From an uncultured Candidatus Binatia bacterium (GTDB taxonomy: Bacteria > Desulfobacterota > Binatia > Bin18), in contig OZ243961.1 in assembly GCA_965214605.1 (NCBI GenBank), forward strand, positions 2,016,001-2,080,000: a stretch of 64,000 nucleotides of DNA. Reading direction: 5' to 3'. Positions 30,171 to 40,901 of this stretch are shown here, piece after piece; the stretch's first letter is position 1; the number at the start of each line of letters is the position of its first letter. A program made the position numbers and the translations under genes. The notes below the pieces were generated by a model that was not told the DNA's origin, did no database searches, and saw nothing but the letters and a program-made list of their open reading frames with translations.

Positions 30171-32555
30171 TTAGAGGGCAAAGGACCGTTGAAGTTCCAG
30201 AAAAATCCGGTCGTTTCTTCCCGTAAAATATTTCTTTCGCAGCCGTCCGGCCGGGGCGGCATACTGACCGAAGAATCCAGAGCGGGGCCCGATAAGAAAG
30301 TCTAGGCCGAACGTTACCGACAGAAAATCGTTGATCTGGTACTCGATCTGAGGACGAATTAAGAGTTCGCCAAGATTGATCCCATACAGGGCGATCAATT
30401 GGGGAAAGAGGGTTTCGTTGATGAAGTCGGCGCGCAGGAATACCGAAACAATATTATTGATCGCTTTATCCGGAATATCCTTGGATTTATTGAAGATTAC
30501 ATTTTGAAAAAACTGGAAGTTGGCCATCAAGTTGTCGTTGACTGTCCAGTCTAAGCCCAGCACGTAGGACAAGTACTCCCGCTGACGGATGCCGTCCGGC
30601 TCGTTGGGGTCCGTTGATACAAAATGTTGTCCCAGCGTCACCCCGCCCTCACCCCGAATGACGAACACGTCAAAGGCATAGTTAAACGTCCCACCCAGCA
30701 GATGAAAACGCGTGTGACGCGGCTCAATCAAAAATTGATTACCGCCAAGCGTGCGCCGAAAGGCGACTGGAAAATCGCTCCAGGCATAAAAATAGTTCAG
30801 CGACAGGTCCATATTGCGCAAAAAGCGGGTGACTCGAAAGCCGACCTCGGAATCGCTCAGCCGACCGTCCCTGGGTTCTTTCGTCTTGGCCACCCGAACC
30901 GACGGAAAGGGTGGAAAGGGGGGCTGAATTGCGAGGGCAGGCAGTACAACATTCCGAAACTGCCATTCACTGCCCGGATCTGCGACTCGATTTTCCTCAA
31001 AGTCGAGAAACCACACGCCCTCAAACACCCAATCCTCGAAGGTGTAGTCAAGCCGCGTCCCCCACAGCGGAATACGCGCGTCGATAAAGTCATCAAGGAT
31101 AAACTCCCGAAAATCCTGCGGATTAATAACATCAAGAATCCGCAGACCAAGCGACTCTCCCCACACCACCTGCTGGCGGCCAAAACGAAAATCAAAATCT
31201 TTATACACGACTTCAAGATACAGTTCGCGCAGCTCGGCCTGAAAAAAGTCGCCGCTCGTCCAGCGGTCAATCGGCCCAGCATCAAAGTCATGAATATTGT
31301 CTTCCAGATGATTGGCTGGATCCATTAACACCCGGCCGATTGTGGTTAGGGTAGCCCAGTCGGCCAGCTCGATATCAATGTCGGCTTCCAGCCAATTCTG
31401 GACCTTGGAGAACTGGTGGGGCGAGTGCAGTCGAAAGGCTGTCTCATTCTTGATGAAGGCCACCCCCTCAATCCGCTCCCGCAGCTCATGCAGGCGACCC
31501 GGCGTGCTCTTTGTGGCAGACGGGGGGGGAGCGGGAGGAGCAGACCGCGCAGGCCGTCGGCGGACCGATGTTGTTTCCTGCGGAGGGGCTGCTGGGACGG
31601 CAGGAGCTGATGCCGCCGCTGGAGGGGAAGTTTGCTCGACTGCGGCACGGACGGTTGGGGCGGTCGGAGGCGGGCGTTGAAACAGCACCTGGGTCTGAGA
31701 CTCCTCGGGCATGGCCAGGGGGAAGACCAAGGTGAGCCGATTTTCCTGCTGCTGCACCTCAAAAGGCGGGATATGACTACTGGCGAGGTCAACCACAAAC
31801 CGCAGACGGGACGGATGGGAACCCGAACGAACCGCGCGGATGAGTCCATCGTTTGTCGTGTAGCGTGCCGACGGCCCGACCGTGACCGGGCCGGTCACAT
31901 CCAGCACCACCCGGGACGGGGCGGACAGAGCAAAAGAGCGCCAGCTGTCCGGGGATTGCGGAAAGAGAAAGCGAAGCGTCTTTTGATCGCCCTCAACACC
32001 GAGTTGGAGTTCTTGCAGGTGCAGCCCTGAGGGAGAAGCGGCCACTCCGCTAGACGGACCGTTGCTCGGCGGGAAGAGCCGCTGGGTATAATCGCGGTCG
32101 CTCTCAGAGGTTTGCAGCACCGCGCTCAAACGTGCACCGTCGTGCTCAATGACATAGACGGGCACCCTCTCGGTCTTGAAGTCAAGCACAAAACGCAGGC
32201 GTTGGGGATGCGCGCCCTGGCGGATGCGCCACAGAGTCTCGTCCTGTGTTGCGTAGCTGGCCGACCGAGCCTCTGTGGCCGGGCCGGTGACGTCGATGAC
32301 TAAACGCGCTGGGTCGGACAGGGCAAAGGACTTTACCGCCGTTGGGGTGGTCGAGAACTGCCAGCGCACGCTCTTCTGGCCGGCGGCGACGTCGAGCCGG
32401 AGTTCTTGGAGCTGGAGATCAGTCACAGTAGACGCCCAGACCTGAGACGTTTGAGAGCCGAGTCCGGCGATAACCCCAACCGACAACAGGGCGACAAGCG
32501 CCACCCGACAGGGTTTCCCAGGCTGGTCCCTCAGGTGATGTGGGCCGGATTTCAC
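30171..32555 (-). CDS. 2x AMIN domain + DUF1302-like outer-membrane beta-barrel protein
   Basis: Two copies of FALSxPxRxVxDV...RLRFVxD; Pro/Ala linker; LRELYL..FRFGRQQVVWGE..DVINPQD; ends in beta-signal-like ELQRSFAL. Confidence 0.8.
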   Translation of the reverse strand: MKSGPHHLRDQPGKPCRVALVALLSVGVIAGLGSQTSQVWASTVTDLQLQELRLDVAAGQKSVRWQFSTTPTAVKSFALSDPARLVIDVTGPATEARSASYATQDETLWRIRQGAHPQRLRFVLDFKTERVPVYVIEHDGARLSAVLQTSESDRDYTQRLFPPSNGPSSGVAASPSGLHLQELQLGVEGDQKTLRFLFPQSPDSWRSFALSAPSRVVLDVTGPVTVGPSARYTTNDGLIRAVRSGSHPSRLRFVVDLASSHIPPFEVQQQENRLTLVFPLAMPEESQTQVLFQRPPPTAPTVRAAVEQTSPPAAASAPAVPAAPPQETTSVRRRPARSAPPAPPPSATKSTPGRLHELRERIEGVAFIKNETAFRLHSPHQFSKVQNWLEADIDIELADWATLTTIGRVLMDPANHLEDNIHDFDAGPIDRWTSGDFFQAELRELYLEVVYKDFDFRFGRQQVVWGESLGLRILDVINPQDFREFILDDFIDARIPLWGTRLDYTFEDWVFEGVWFLDFEENRVADPGSEWQFRNVVLPALAIQPPFPPFPSVRVAKTKEPRDGRLSDSEVGFRVTRFLRNMDLSLNYFYAWSDFPVAFRRTLGGNQFLIEPRHTRFHLLGGTFNYAFDVFVIRGEGGVTLGQHFVSTDPNEPDGIRQREYLSYVLGLDWTVNDNLMANFQFFQNVIFNKSKDIPDKAINNIVSVFLRADFINETLFPQLIALYGINLGELLIRPQIEYQINDFLSVTFGLDFLIGPRSGFFGQYAAPAGRLRKKYFTGRNDRIFLELQRSFAL

Positions 32556-32585
32556 TGTGTATCGTCCGCCATGCGTGGGCGAGTC

Positions 32586-33383
32586 TTACGGCGCCCCTTT
32601 ACGCAAAGACCGCTCGGTGAACAGACTGTCTCTCAGGTTCTGATTAAACTGCACATTCGTGATATCCAGCTCGGTCTTGTGACCGGTGAGTTGATTTTCG
32701 ACAACCGTCTTCCTCCAGTTCCAGATGCCGTCGATCTGCACCCAATCTGAGTACATGATCTTGAGCAGCCTGCCTTTGCGGTCGTAGTATTCAGTCTTCG
32801 GCGTCGTCCACGTCTCGGCATTCACCCAAGTCAGTTTCTTGCTGTATATGTAGTTCGGCTTTTTGGCCACTGCCTCGACAACATACATCTTAGTGCCATT
32901 GTCGTTTTCGACTCGGACCAGCGTGTGGGTATCTTCCTCGACCTCCCGATCACCCATATCATCGTAGATCATGTCGCTGCCCATAAAGGAGTTCTCCTTG
33001 TCACCCGACGCAATTCGACGGACCTTGCGCAGGGCCGGCAGGTAGATCCACTGGTCGTCATCAGCCTCGGCATCTTCCTGGGACCAGTTCAAAAACGTCG
33101 TGTCTTTCACATCCGGCGGCGAGTCAAAATAGATAAACGACTTGCTCGACAGCCCATCCCGTCCTTCATAATCTTTCCAATACCGCAGGGTGTGACGCCT
33201 GCGTTGTTTGCCGGCCTTGTTGGTCAGCGTCCAGGTCGCCTCAGAGATCTGATCGTCGCCGTCTTCGCGCTCATCGACATTGATAGCAATCTGAAGGCCG
33301 CTCGGCTCGCCTGGAATCTCTTCCGCCCAAGCCGGCGCGTGGGCCAGCAACAGGGCTCCCGTCACGATCAGCACAGTGCGCAT
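32586..33383 (-). CDS. Outer membrane lipoprotein-sorting (LolA-like) protein
   Basis: DDDQWIYLPALRKVRRIAS..FMGSD; YYDRKGRLLK; FTERSL. Confidence 0.9.
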   Translation of the reverse strand: MRTVLIVTGALLLAHAPAWAEEIPGEPSGLQIAINVDEREDGDDQISEATWTLTNKAGKQRRRHTLRYWKDYEGRDGLSSKSFIYFDSPPDVKDTTFLNWSQEDAEADDDQWIYLPALRKVRRIASGDKENSFMGSDMIYDDMGDREVEEDTHTLVRVENDNGTKMYVVEAVAKKPNYIYSKKLTWVNAETWTTPKTEYYDRKGRLLKIMYSDWVQIDGIWNWRKTVVENQLTGHKTELDITNVQFNQNLRDSLFTERSLRKGAP

Positions 33384-33405
33384 TGTTCTTCTCCTTATCT
33401 CCGTT

Positions 33406-35913
33406 TTATGTCCTGTGTTCAGGACGAGTTGTCAGAGTCGAGGTTGCTGCTGGGCCATACACGAAGCGAGGCTTAACAGTATTCAAGAGTGCCGGCAGAA
33501 CGGTCATTGACACCAGCAGACACGCGCTCATATTCAGCACCAGCATTGCCCCGAGATAAAAGTTGGGCAGAAAGTTGGAACTCAGAAACACGGCAAAGCC
33601 GCCAATTACCACTACCGCGTTAAAAAAGATCGCCTTGCCCGAGGTCGCCATCGTCGCCACGGTGAGCGCGGCTGGCTGCCTCAGCCCGCTGCGAACCTTG
33701 AGGCGATATTTACTCAGGAAGTGGATCGTGTAGTCGATGCCAATGCCGATCACCATTGAAGAGGTCAGAGCCTTGCCCACTTCAAGGTCGAGATTAAACA
33801 GACCCATCACGCCAAAGCTGAAGATAATGACAATACCGATCGGGATGACGTTGACCAGACCCGCGGCCAGGGAGCGGAACATGAGCGCGGTCAACAGAAA
33901 GACCGCGACGAGCGAGGTCAGGAGGCTCGACACCTGGCCACTGATCACCAGTTCACTCAGATGGTACGTAAAATACGCCCCACCGGCAAAGCCTATCCGG
34001 AAGCCGCTGTCTGTGTCCCAGCCGGTATGAATGGGATCCAGATCGAGCAGCCAGCGGCCAACCCGTAGCGACAGCGGCTCATCGCTGACGGCGTTCTCCT
34101 GCTCTGCCCGTCCAAACTCGGCCAGGGCGTAGTCCTGAATCTGTCGTACGACCCGAACGATTTCATGAGTGCTGTCCTCACGCAGGTAAAACGCCACATT
34201 GGCGTGCTGATAGTCATAGTCCACCACCTCCTCGAAGTCGTCCGGCTCGCCAGAGAACGAGTACAACAGCAGATATTGGGCAACCAGATCACGGCTCGTC
34301 GGGATAACCTCCATATCGGACCGGTCTTCGTTCATCACCCGATTCATGCGTTTGATAAATTCGGCGATTGACACCGAGCCGCCCACAACCGGATCTTGCT
34401 CAATCTGTGCCTGCATCCGGTCTATCTGCCGTAACAGGCCGGGATCTTTCAGTCGGTCCGCCTCCTCCCCCTCGATCGCAATATACAGCGGGACAGTGCC
34501 CTGAAACTTCCTGCGTAGCACCCCTTCCGCAGTGCGGACCGAGCTGCCGTCCGGGAAAATACGAATGGCTGAAGTATTGACCACCAGACGCTGTGTACCG
34601 ACCAGACAGACGAGGACAGCGACCAGCGTCGGCCCCCACACCAGGCCGGGACGGCGGGCCACGCCCCGGCCCAGCGAGGCTAGGGTCCGGGCCGCCCAAC
34701 CGGTAGCCGCCAAGTCACCGCTGCGACGCATTTGGCGGACCAGACCGCGACTGACCTTGAGGGGCAGCATGGCCAGCACGGCCGGCAGCAAGGTCAGCGA
34801 TAAGGCCATCGCCACCAGCACCCCAACCGCCGCAAACAGACCAAAGTCGCGCTGCGGCGGCATCGGCGCGGTCAAAAACGACAAGAAACCGGCGGCGGTG
34901 GTCAGCGAGGTGAGTACAACCGGCAACCACATCTCGTTCATGGTCGCCATCACAGCTTCCGGGCCGTTTTTGTCTGGATGCTCAAGAATTTCGTCATAGT
35001 AGCGGCTCAGAATGTGAATCCCGTCCGCTACTCCGACCGCCATTACTACCACCGGCATCATGGTTGAGATGAAATAGAGCGGAACGCCGAGCCCGCCCAT
35101 CAGGCCCAGGGTCCAGGTCACGGCCCCAACCACAACGGCAAAAGGCAGCAGCACCCCGCGCACACTCCGATACGTCAAATACAGCACCACCACCACAACC
35201 CCTAAGACGAGCGGCAGGAACCTGGCCATATCCTGGCGGCCGTAGCGACCAACTGTGACCTCCATCGCCCCCCGACCGGCCACATACAGTCGCTCGGGCG
35301 TCCCGGCGTCTCTTTTGGCCTGGACCATTGCCTCAATCGCATCATACGCCTTCGCTCGCTCCGCCAGGCCGTCAGTGTTACCCACCGCGGACTCCAGCTT
35401 GGCCATAATCAGCAGTCCGGTCCCGTCCCGCGACACCAGCCAATCGACATACATCTCGTTCCGAAACAGATTCCCTTTGAGCGCGTCCAAAGCTTCCGCT
35501 GTACGCGGCACGTCTTCCATGAACGGATCGACCACCAAACCGTCGACCGTGCCGGTGATGTTATCCATCGTCGCCACGCTTGACACGTCTTCGTCACGGA
35601 TGGCCTTGATACCGGGCAGCAGAGCGATTTTTTCGGACAGATCTTTAACGATCTCCAGCGTGCGCGGGTTAAAGACGCCGTTTTCGTCAGGATTGTCGTT
35701 GAGCACCCCAATCACAATATTATCCCGCATACCAAAGCGCTCTTCGACCTGTTCTTTATACACATTAACCGGGTCATCAGCCGGTACCATCGCATCCAGA
35801 TCACTCTCAAAGCGAAGGTTGCGTATCTGCATACAGGCAAGCCCGGATACGCCCAGGAGAAAGGCGATGACCAGCCAGCGGAAACGGATGACAGCCCGAA
35901 AGAAGAACTCCAT
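33406..35913 (-). CDS. RND/MMPL family transporter
   Basis: Two TM repeats with GVADGIH and GIGIDYTIH; large periplasmic loops. Confidence 0.92.
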   Translation of the reverse strand: MEFFFRAVIRFRWLVIAFLLGVSGLACMQIRNLRFESDLDAMVPADDPVNVYKEQVEERFGMRDNIVIGVLNDNPDENGVFNPRTLEIVKDLSEKIALLPGIKAIRDEDVSSVATMDNITGTVDGLVVDPFMEDVPRTAEALDALKGNLFRNEMYVDWLVSRDGTGLLIMAKLESAVGNTDGLAERAKAYDAIEAMVQAKRDAGTPERLYVAGRGAMEVTVGRYGRQDMARFLPLVLGVVVVVLYLTYRSVRGVLLPFAVVVGAVTWTLGLMGGLGVPLYFISTMMPVVVMAVGVADGIHILSRYYDEILEHPDKNGPEAVMATMNEMWLPVVLTSLTTAAGFLSFLTAPMPPQRDFGLFAAVGVLVAMALSLTLLPAVLAMLPLKVSRGLVRQMRRSGDLAATGWAARTLASLGRGVARRPGLVWGPTLVAVLVCLVGTQRLVVNTSAIRIFPDGSSVRTAEGVLRRKFQGTVPLYIAIEGEEADRLKDPGLLRQIDRMQAQIEQDPVVGGSVSIAEFIKRMNRVMNEDRSDMEVIPTSRDLVAQYLLLYSFSGEPDDFEEVVDYDYQHANVAFYLREDSTHEIVRVVRQIQDYALAEFGRAEQENAVSDEPLSLRVGRWLLDLDPIHTGWDTDSGFRIGFAGGAYFTYHLSELVISGQVSSLLTSLVAVFLLTALMFRSLAAGLVNVIPIGIVIIFSFGVMGLFNLDLEVGKALTSSMVIGIGIDYTIHFLSKYRLKVRSGLRQPAALTVATMATSGKAIFFNAVVVIGGFAVFLSSNFLPNFYLGAMLVLNMSACLLVSMTVLPALLNTVKPRFVYGPAATSTLTTRPEHRT

Positions 35914-35924
35914 AACGAGGCGCC

Positions 35925-38417
35925 TCAGGAACCAAGCATCCTTGCTTTCCCGTAGACAAAGCGGGGCTTACAGATATTCAGGATCGCCGGCAGGATGGTC
36001 ATCGACACGAGCAAACAGGCGCTCATGTTGAGCACCAGCATTGATCCCAGGTAAAAATTGGGCGTAAAATTCGAGGTTAGAAACACGGCGAAGCCGCCGA
36101 TGACCACCACCGCGTTAAAAAAGATGGCTTTGCCCGAGGTCGCCATGGTGGTTGCCGTTATCTGCTCTGAATCGCGTAATCCAGTCTGAACTTTGAGCCT
36201 GTACTTGTTGAGAAAGTGGATCGTATAGTCGATGCCAATGCCGATGACCATAGAGGCGGTCATGGAGTTGCCAATCTCTAGCTTGATGCCCAACAGTCCC
36301 ATCACGCCAAAGCTAAAGACAATAACCAGACTGATCGGAATGATATTAATCAGCCCGGCGACAAATGAGCGGAACATGAACGCGGTGAGCAGAAACACGC
36401 CGACCAGAGAGGTCGCCAGGCTCGACAGCTGACCGGCCACCACCAGCTCATTAAATCGGACGGTCAGATAGGCGGCCCCGGCAAAGCCAAGCCGAAAGCC
36501 GCTGTTGGTTTCCCAACCGGTGATAGTCGGCTCGATATTGCCCAACCAACGCCCAAAACGCAGAAACAGCATATCGCGCCAGCCAGCGTCGGCACCGTTG
36601 GCCTGCTCACTGCGGCCAAATTCCCGGACGGCAAAGTCCTGCAGTCGGTCAACCACCCGTAAAATATCCCGCGTCCCATCAGAACGCAGATAAAAGGCCA
36701 CGTTCGCGTGCTGATAGTCGTAATCGACGACCTCATCAAAATCGTCCGGATCGCCGGAAAAGGAGTACAACAACAGATACTGGGCAATCAGATCGCGCGA
36801 AGTCGGCACGATCTCCATCTCCGGACGGTCTTCGTTCATGACCCGGTTCATACGTTTAATGAACTCGGCCAGGGACAGCGAACCGCCAACTACCGGATCT
36901 TTTTCGCCTTCGGCCTGCATTTGGTCGAGTTGGCGAAGCAAGTGCGGATCTTTCAGCACCTCGGGCTCATGGCCCTCAATCGCAACATAAATCGGCAGCG
37001 TGCCCTGAAAGCGCTCGCGCAAAACCTCGTCGGCGATCCGAACCGGACTCTGGGGATGAAAGACCTGGATCCAGGAGCTGTCGACCACAATTTGACGGAT
37101 GCCCATCACACATAGACTCGTCACCACAACCGCCAGAACGCACACTAAGAGTGGTTGGCGGGCAACGCCGCGGCCCAACCTCGACAGTGTCCGGGCCGCC
37201 CAGCCGGTGGCCGCCAGATCGCCGCCGCGCTCTATTTGACTGCGCAGGCCAGCGCTGACTTTGGGCGGCAGCATACTCAGCACGGCTGGAAAAAAGGTCA
37301 GGGAAAACACCATAGCGGCCAACACACCAATGGCTGTAAACAGCCCAAAGTAACGAATCGGCACCATGGCTGCGGTCAGAAACGACAAGAACCCAACCGC
37401 AGTAGTCAGCGAGGTAAAGACCACGGGCTGCCACATTTCGCTCATCGCAACCACAACCGCTTGGGGAGAAGATACCTCGGGATGTTCCAGGACCTCGTCG
37501 TAATAGCGACTCAGAATATGAATGCCAGCAGCGACGCCAATCGCCATCAATACAACCGGCATCATGGTCGAGATGAAGTACATCGGGATGCCAAGTGAGG
37601 CCATGATGCCCAGTGTCCAGATGATCGACACCACCACGACCGCTAGCGGCAGCAGGACGCCGCGCAGACTGCGATAAGTGAGATACAGGGTTCCTACTAC
37701 AATCAGCAAAACCAGGGGCATGAACCGCCCCATGTCTTCGCGCGCCTGCTCAGAGAAGGTCACCTCCATGGCTCCGCGTCCGGCCACGTAGAATTGCTCG
37801 GGCGTCCCTGCCTCTTCTTTGGCCTGAATCATCTCACGGATGCTGCGGTAGAGGACTGACCGCCGGCGTACCCCCTCCAGGGTGCCCGCCGACGACTCCA
37901 TCTTGGCCATAATGAGCAGACCGGTACTGTCCCGCGACACGATCCAGTCGAGATACATGGTGTTGCCAAACAGGCTGTCTTTGAGAGCCCGCAACTCGAT
38001 CGCAGTCCGGGGCACTGCTTCCATAAATGGATCAACCGCCATACCGTCTGTGGTACCGACGATGTTATCCATGGTCGCCACACTCGCCACGTCTTCGTCA
38101 CGTACGGCTTTGATGCCGGGCAGCAGGGCGATTTTTTCAGAGAACTCTTTGACAATGGCCAGGGTGCGCGGATTGAAGACACCATTTTCGGTCGGGTTGT
38201 CGTTCAGCACCCCGACAATGATCAAATCCCGAATGCCAAAACGGTTTTCGACCATATCGTTATAGTGTTGAACTGGATCATCGGGCGGAACCATCGCTTC
38301 GGCGTCACTCTCAAAGCGGAGCTGGCGTATCTGGACGAAGGCCAGCGCGGTGCAGGCCGCAATCAGCACGATGACTAGCCAACGAAAACGGATAATCCCT
38401 CGAAAAACAGCGTCCAC
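35925..38417 (-). CDS. RND/MMPL family transporter (tandem paralog)
   Basis: Co-linear with 33406-35913; GVAAGIH and GIGIDYTIH; GTG start with RBS GAGGAG. Confidence 0.92.
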   Translation of the reverse strand: MDAVFRGIIRFRWLVIVLIAACTALAFVQIRQLRFESDAEAMVPPDDPVQHYNDMVENRFGIRDLIIVGVLNDNPTENGVFNPRTLAIVKEFSEKIALLPGIKAVRDEDVASVATMDNIVGTTDGMAVDPFMEAVPRTAIELRALKDSLFGNTMYLDWIVSRDSTGLLIMAKMESSAGTLEGVRRRSVLYRSIREMIQAKEEAGTPEQFYVAGRGAMEVTFSEQAREDMGRFMPLVLLIVVGTLYLTYRSLRGVLLPLAVVVVSIIWTLGIMASLGIPMYFISTMMPVVLMAIGVAAGIHILSRYYDEVLEHPEVSSPQAVVVAMSEMWQPVVFTSLTTAVGFLSFLTAAMVPIRYFGLFTAIGVLAAMVFSLTFFPAVLSMLPPKVSAGLRSQIERGGDLAATGWAARTLSRLGRGVARQPLLVCVLAVVVTSLCVMGIRQIVVDSSWIQVFHPQSPVRIADEVLRERFQGTLPIYVAIEGHEPEVLKDPHLLRQLDQMQAEGEKDPVVGGSLSLAEFIKRMNRVMNEDRPEMEIVPTSRDLIAQYLLLYSFSGDPDDFDEVVDYDYQHANVAFYLRSDGTRDILRVVDRLQDFAVREFGRSEQANGADAGWRDMLFLRFGRWLGNIEPTITGWETNSGFRLGFAGAAYLTVRFNELVVAGQLSSLATSLVGVFLLTAFMFRSFVAGLINIIPISLVIVFSFGVMGLLGIKLEIGNSMTASMVIGIGIDYTIHFLNKYRLKVQTGLRDSEQITATTMATSGKAIFFNAVVVIGGFAVFLTSNFTPNFYLGSMLVLNMSACLLVSMTILPAILNICKPRFVYGKARMLGS

Positions 38418-38436
38418 CGTAAGATGACTCCTCTGG

Positions 38437-39099
38437 CTAAGCGTGCTGAGCTGTCTTGGACTGTTTCTTTTTCGTGATGGGGGCCGGTAGGTGATCGGTC
38501 CGCAACAGACTCAGCACGAGGTCGGCTAACTGAGCCAAGACTTCCGGGCCGGAAAAACCCGGCGTAATCCGCTCCATCAACTGATTGGCACGCAGGGCAT
38601 GGATGATGATTCCGACGATCACAAACGACGTAGCAGCGAGTGGCAGGGGTTTAAAGATGCCGCTTTCAACCCCCTCGGTGGTAATCGTTTGCATCGCCAG
38701 ATGGGCGCGCGAAAACCAACGCTCGGCCAGGGTGTGGACGGCCGGGCTGTGGTCGTCTATTGCCCGCTGCACCATGCGAAAACCCTGCGGATTGATCCGG
38801 TATTGTTCCAAAAAGACCTGGACGATAGCCCGAATCTTTTGCTCGGGGGTGCCCGCACCGGCCGCCACCGCCTCAAGCCGGGTCACCACCGTAGCGGCCT
38901 CTTTTTCGAGCAGGGACAGGTAGAGAGCTTCTTTACTCTGGTAGTAGTGGTAAATAAGGGCCTTGGTCGCCCCGGTCCGCTCGGCAATTTCGCGTATTGG
39001 TGTGCCGTCAAAGCCGCGCTCAGCGAATAAGGTTTCGGCGACTTGGTCGATCTTGGTCCGATAATCGGGCGAGTCAACGGTTTTGACCGGACGTGCCAT
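38437..39099 (-). CDS. TetR/AcrR family transcriptional regulator
   Basis: FAERGFDGTPIREIAERTGATKALIYHYYQSKEALY. Confidence 0.93.
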   Translation of the reverse strand: MARPVKTVDSPDYRTKIDQVAETLFAERGFDGTPIREIAERTGATKALIYHYYQSKEALYLSLLEKEAATVVTRLEAVAAGAGTPEQKIRAIVQVFLEQYRINPQGFRMVQRAIDDHSPAVHTLAERWFSRAHLAMQTITTEGVESGIFKPLPLAATSFVIVGIIIHALRANQLMERITPGFSGPEVLAQLADLVLSLLRTDHLPAPITKKKQSKTAQHA

Positions 39100-39112
39100 A
39101 ACAGAGACATAA

Positions 39113-39137
39113 TTAACCGGTCGTTCAGTTAAGTCAA
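39113..39137 (-). promoter_or_regulatory. Putative TetR operator overlapping a sigma70-like promoter
   Basis: Imperfect palindrome TTAACCGGTCGTTCAGTTAA (14/20) 13 bp upstream of the tetR ATG, abutting TTGACT (-35-like) on the minus strand. Confidence 0.5.
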
Positions 39138-39190
39138 GGGAGGTGTAGCAAAATTTTCGCTTTTGACCTTTGCTTTCTCCCTTCACGAGG

Positions 39191-40714
39191 TCAGGGTGTC
39201 CAGCTCGGCTGTCCGGACAGGGAAATATCAAAGACCGGCACGCCGATCAGATACAACAGAATGGGCAGGACCAGGATGCCGATCAGGTTCAGCCCCAGAC
39301 CAACGCGGAACATTTGCGGGAGGCTGACCCGCTGACTGGCAAACACAATCGCGTTGGGCGCCGTCGCGGTTGGCAGCATAAAGGCAAACGAGGCCGCAAA
39401 GGTGGCCGGGATCATGAGCAGCAGTGGATCGATGTTCATGCCGGTCGCAGTCGCGGCCAAGATCGGCATCATCAGGGTGGTGGTAGCCGTATTGCTGGTC
39501 ACCTCGGTCAGACCGACCAGCAGAGAACACACGGCAAAAATCGCTCCAAATGGGGACAGCTCTTGCAGAAAGCTCAGTTGGTTGCCAACCCACAGGGCTA
39601 GACCAGACGACCCCACCCCTCGGGCCAGTGCTAAGCTTCCACCGAGCAGGACCAAAATCCCCCACGGCATGCGATCAAACACGCTCCGGTCGAGCAGGCA
39701 GCGGCCATTGCCCTGGCCGGCCGGCATCACAAACAGCAGGGTGGCCATGAACATTGCTACAGTAGAATCTTTGATATTGTCCGGAACCGGAAACAGCTGG
39801 TTCCAACCCGGAATGGTCAGCGGCCCCAGCGGCAAATCTTCACGCAACATCCACAGCAGCGCGGTGAGGGAAAAGAGGATCAGGACCCGCCGTTCGGGGC
39901 GGCTCATCGGTCCGACGGCGCGGAGCTGTTCGATCAGGAAGCCTCGGTCTGCCTGCCAGCCGCTCGTCGGGACGCGGAAAACGATATAGACCAGATAGAA
40001 CCAGGCACACACTAGCATGACCGCAGCGGTCGGCAGGCCGAACAGCATCCAGTATAGGAAGCCGATGCTGGGCGCGGCTGGAAACAAGCTTTCAAAGGCG
40101 CCCAGAAACACCGCGTTGGGTGGCGTGCCGACCGGGGTACCGACACCGCCTATCGAAGCGCTATAAGCTAGGCCCAGGATCAGAGCCGTTCCAAAACCCC
40201 TGGTCGTGTCATAGCCCTGAGCATCGACATGGTTGAGAATAGCCAAGGCGATCGGCAACATGACTACGGTCGCAGCGGTGTTCGACATCCACATCGACAA
40301 CAAGGCAGTGGTGCCGAAGAAGCCCAGGATCAGCAAACGTGGTGAGCCGCCGATACGCGACAAAATCCACAGCGCGACCCGCCGATGCAGGCCCCACTGC
40401 TCCGTCGCCAGCGCCAGAAAAAACGCGCCAAAAAAAAGAAAAACAATCTGGCCAGCATAGGCCCTGGACACCTCACTGGCAGGCAGGATATCGAGGACGG
40501 GAAACAAGAAGAGGGGCACGAAGGCAGTGACGGTCAAGTCGACCGCTTCGCTAATCCACCACACCGCCATCAGCGCCGCAACAGCTGCCGTCCGCCAGGC
40601 TGCGGGATTCATCCCGTCGGGCGGTGGCAGCAGGAGCAGCACGACGCACAGCCCTATCCCCCCCAGCAGGCCCAGCCGGCGACGTCTTAGCTTGGAAGAT
40701 TCGGCATCCGTCAT
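39191..40714 (-). CDS. DASS/SLC13 sodium:dicarboxylate(sulfate) symporter
   Basis: LSMWMSNTAAT, GGVGTPVGTPPN, TEVTSNTAT, AFMLPTATAPNAIVF. Confidence 0.93.
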   Translation of the reverse strand: MTDAESSKLRRRRLGLLGGIGLCVVLLLLPPPDGMNPAAWRTAAVAALMAVWWISEAVDLTVTAFVPLFLFPVLDILPASEVSRAYAGQIVFLFFGAFFLALATEQWGLHRRVALWILSRIGGSPRLLILGFFGTTALLSMWMSNTAATVVMLPIALAILNHVDAQGYDTTRGFGTALILGLAYSASIGGVGTPVGTPPNAVFLGAFESLFPAAPSIGFLYWMLFGLPTAAVMLVCAWFYLVYIVFRVPTSGWQADRGFLIEQLRAVGPMSRPERRVLILFSLTALLWMLREDLPLGPLTIPGWNQLFPVPDNIKDSTVAMFMATLLFVMPAGQGNGRCLLDRSVFDRMPWGILVLLGGSLALARGVGSSGLALWVGNQLSFLQELSPFGAIFAVCSLLVGLTEVTSNTATTTLMMPILAATATGMNIDPLLLMIPATFAASFAFMLPTATAPNAIVFASQRVSLPQMFRVGLGLNLIGILVLPILLYLIGVPVFDISLSGQPSWTP

Positions 40715-40901
40715 AGTCACACTCCCGCCTCCTCACGGGAGAGAAACGCGGGCTGGTCATCCATTGCGAGGATGTTCCTCGCTCTCCTTGCACCGAAGGA
40801 AAGTAGTCTAGCAGCCCTGCCCCGGCTGGAAACAGGGGGGACGTCGGCAAAAATATACGCTATGCTATACAGCGCTGAACAGCACAGAGGAGGAATAGAC
40901 G

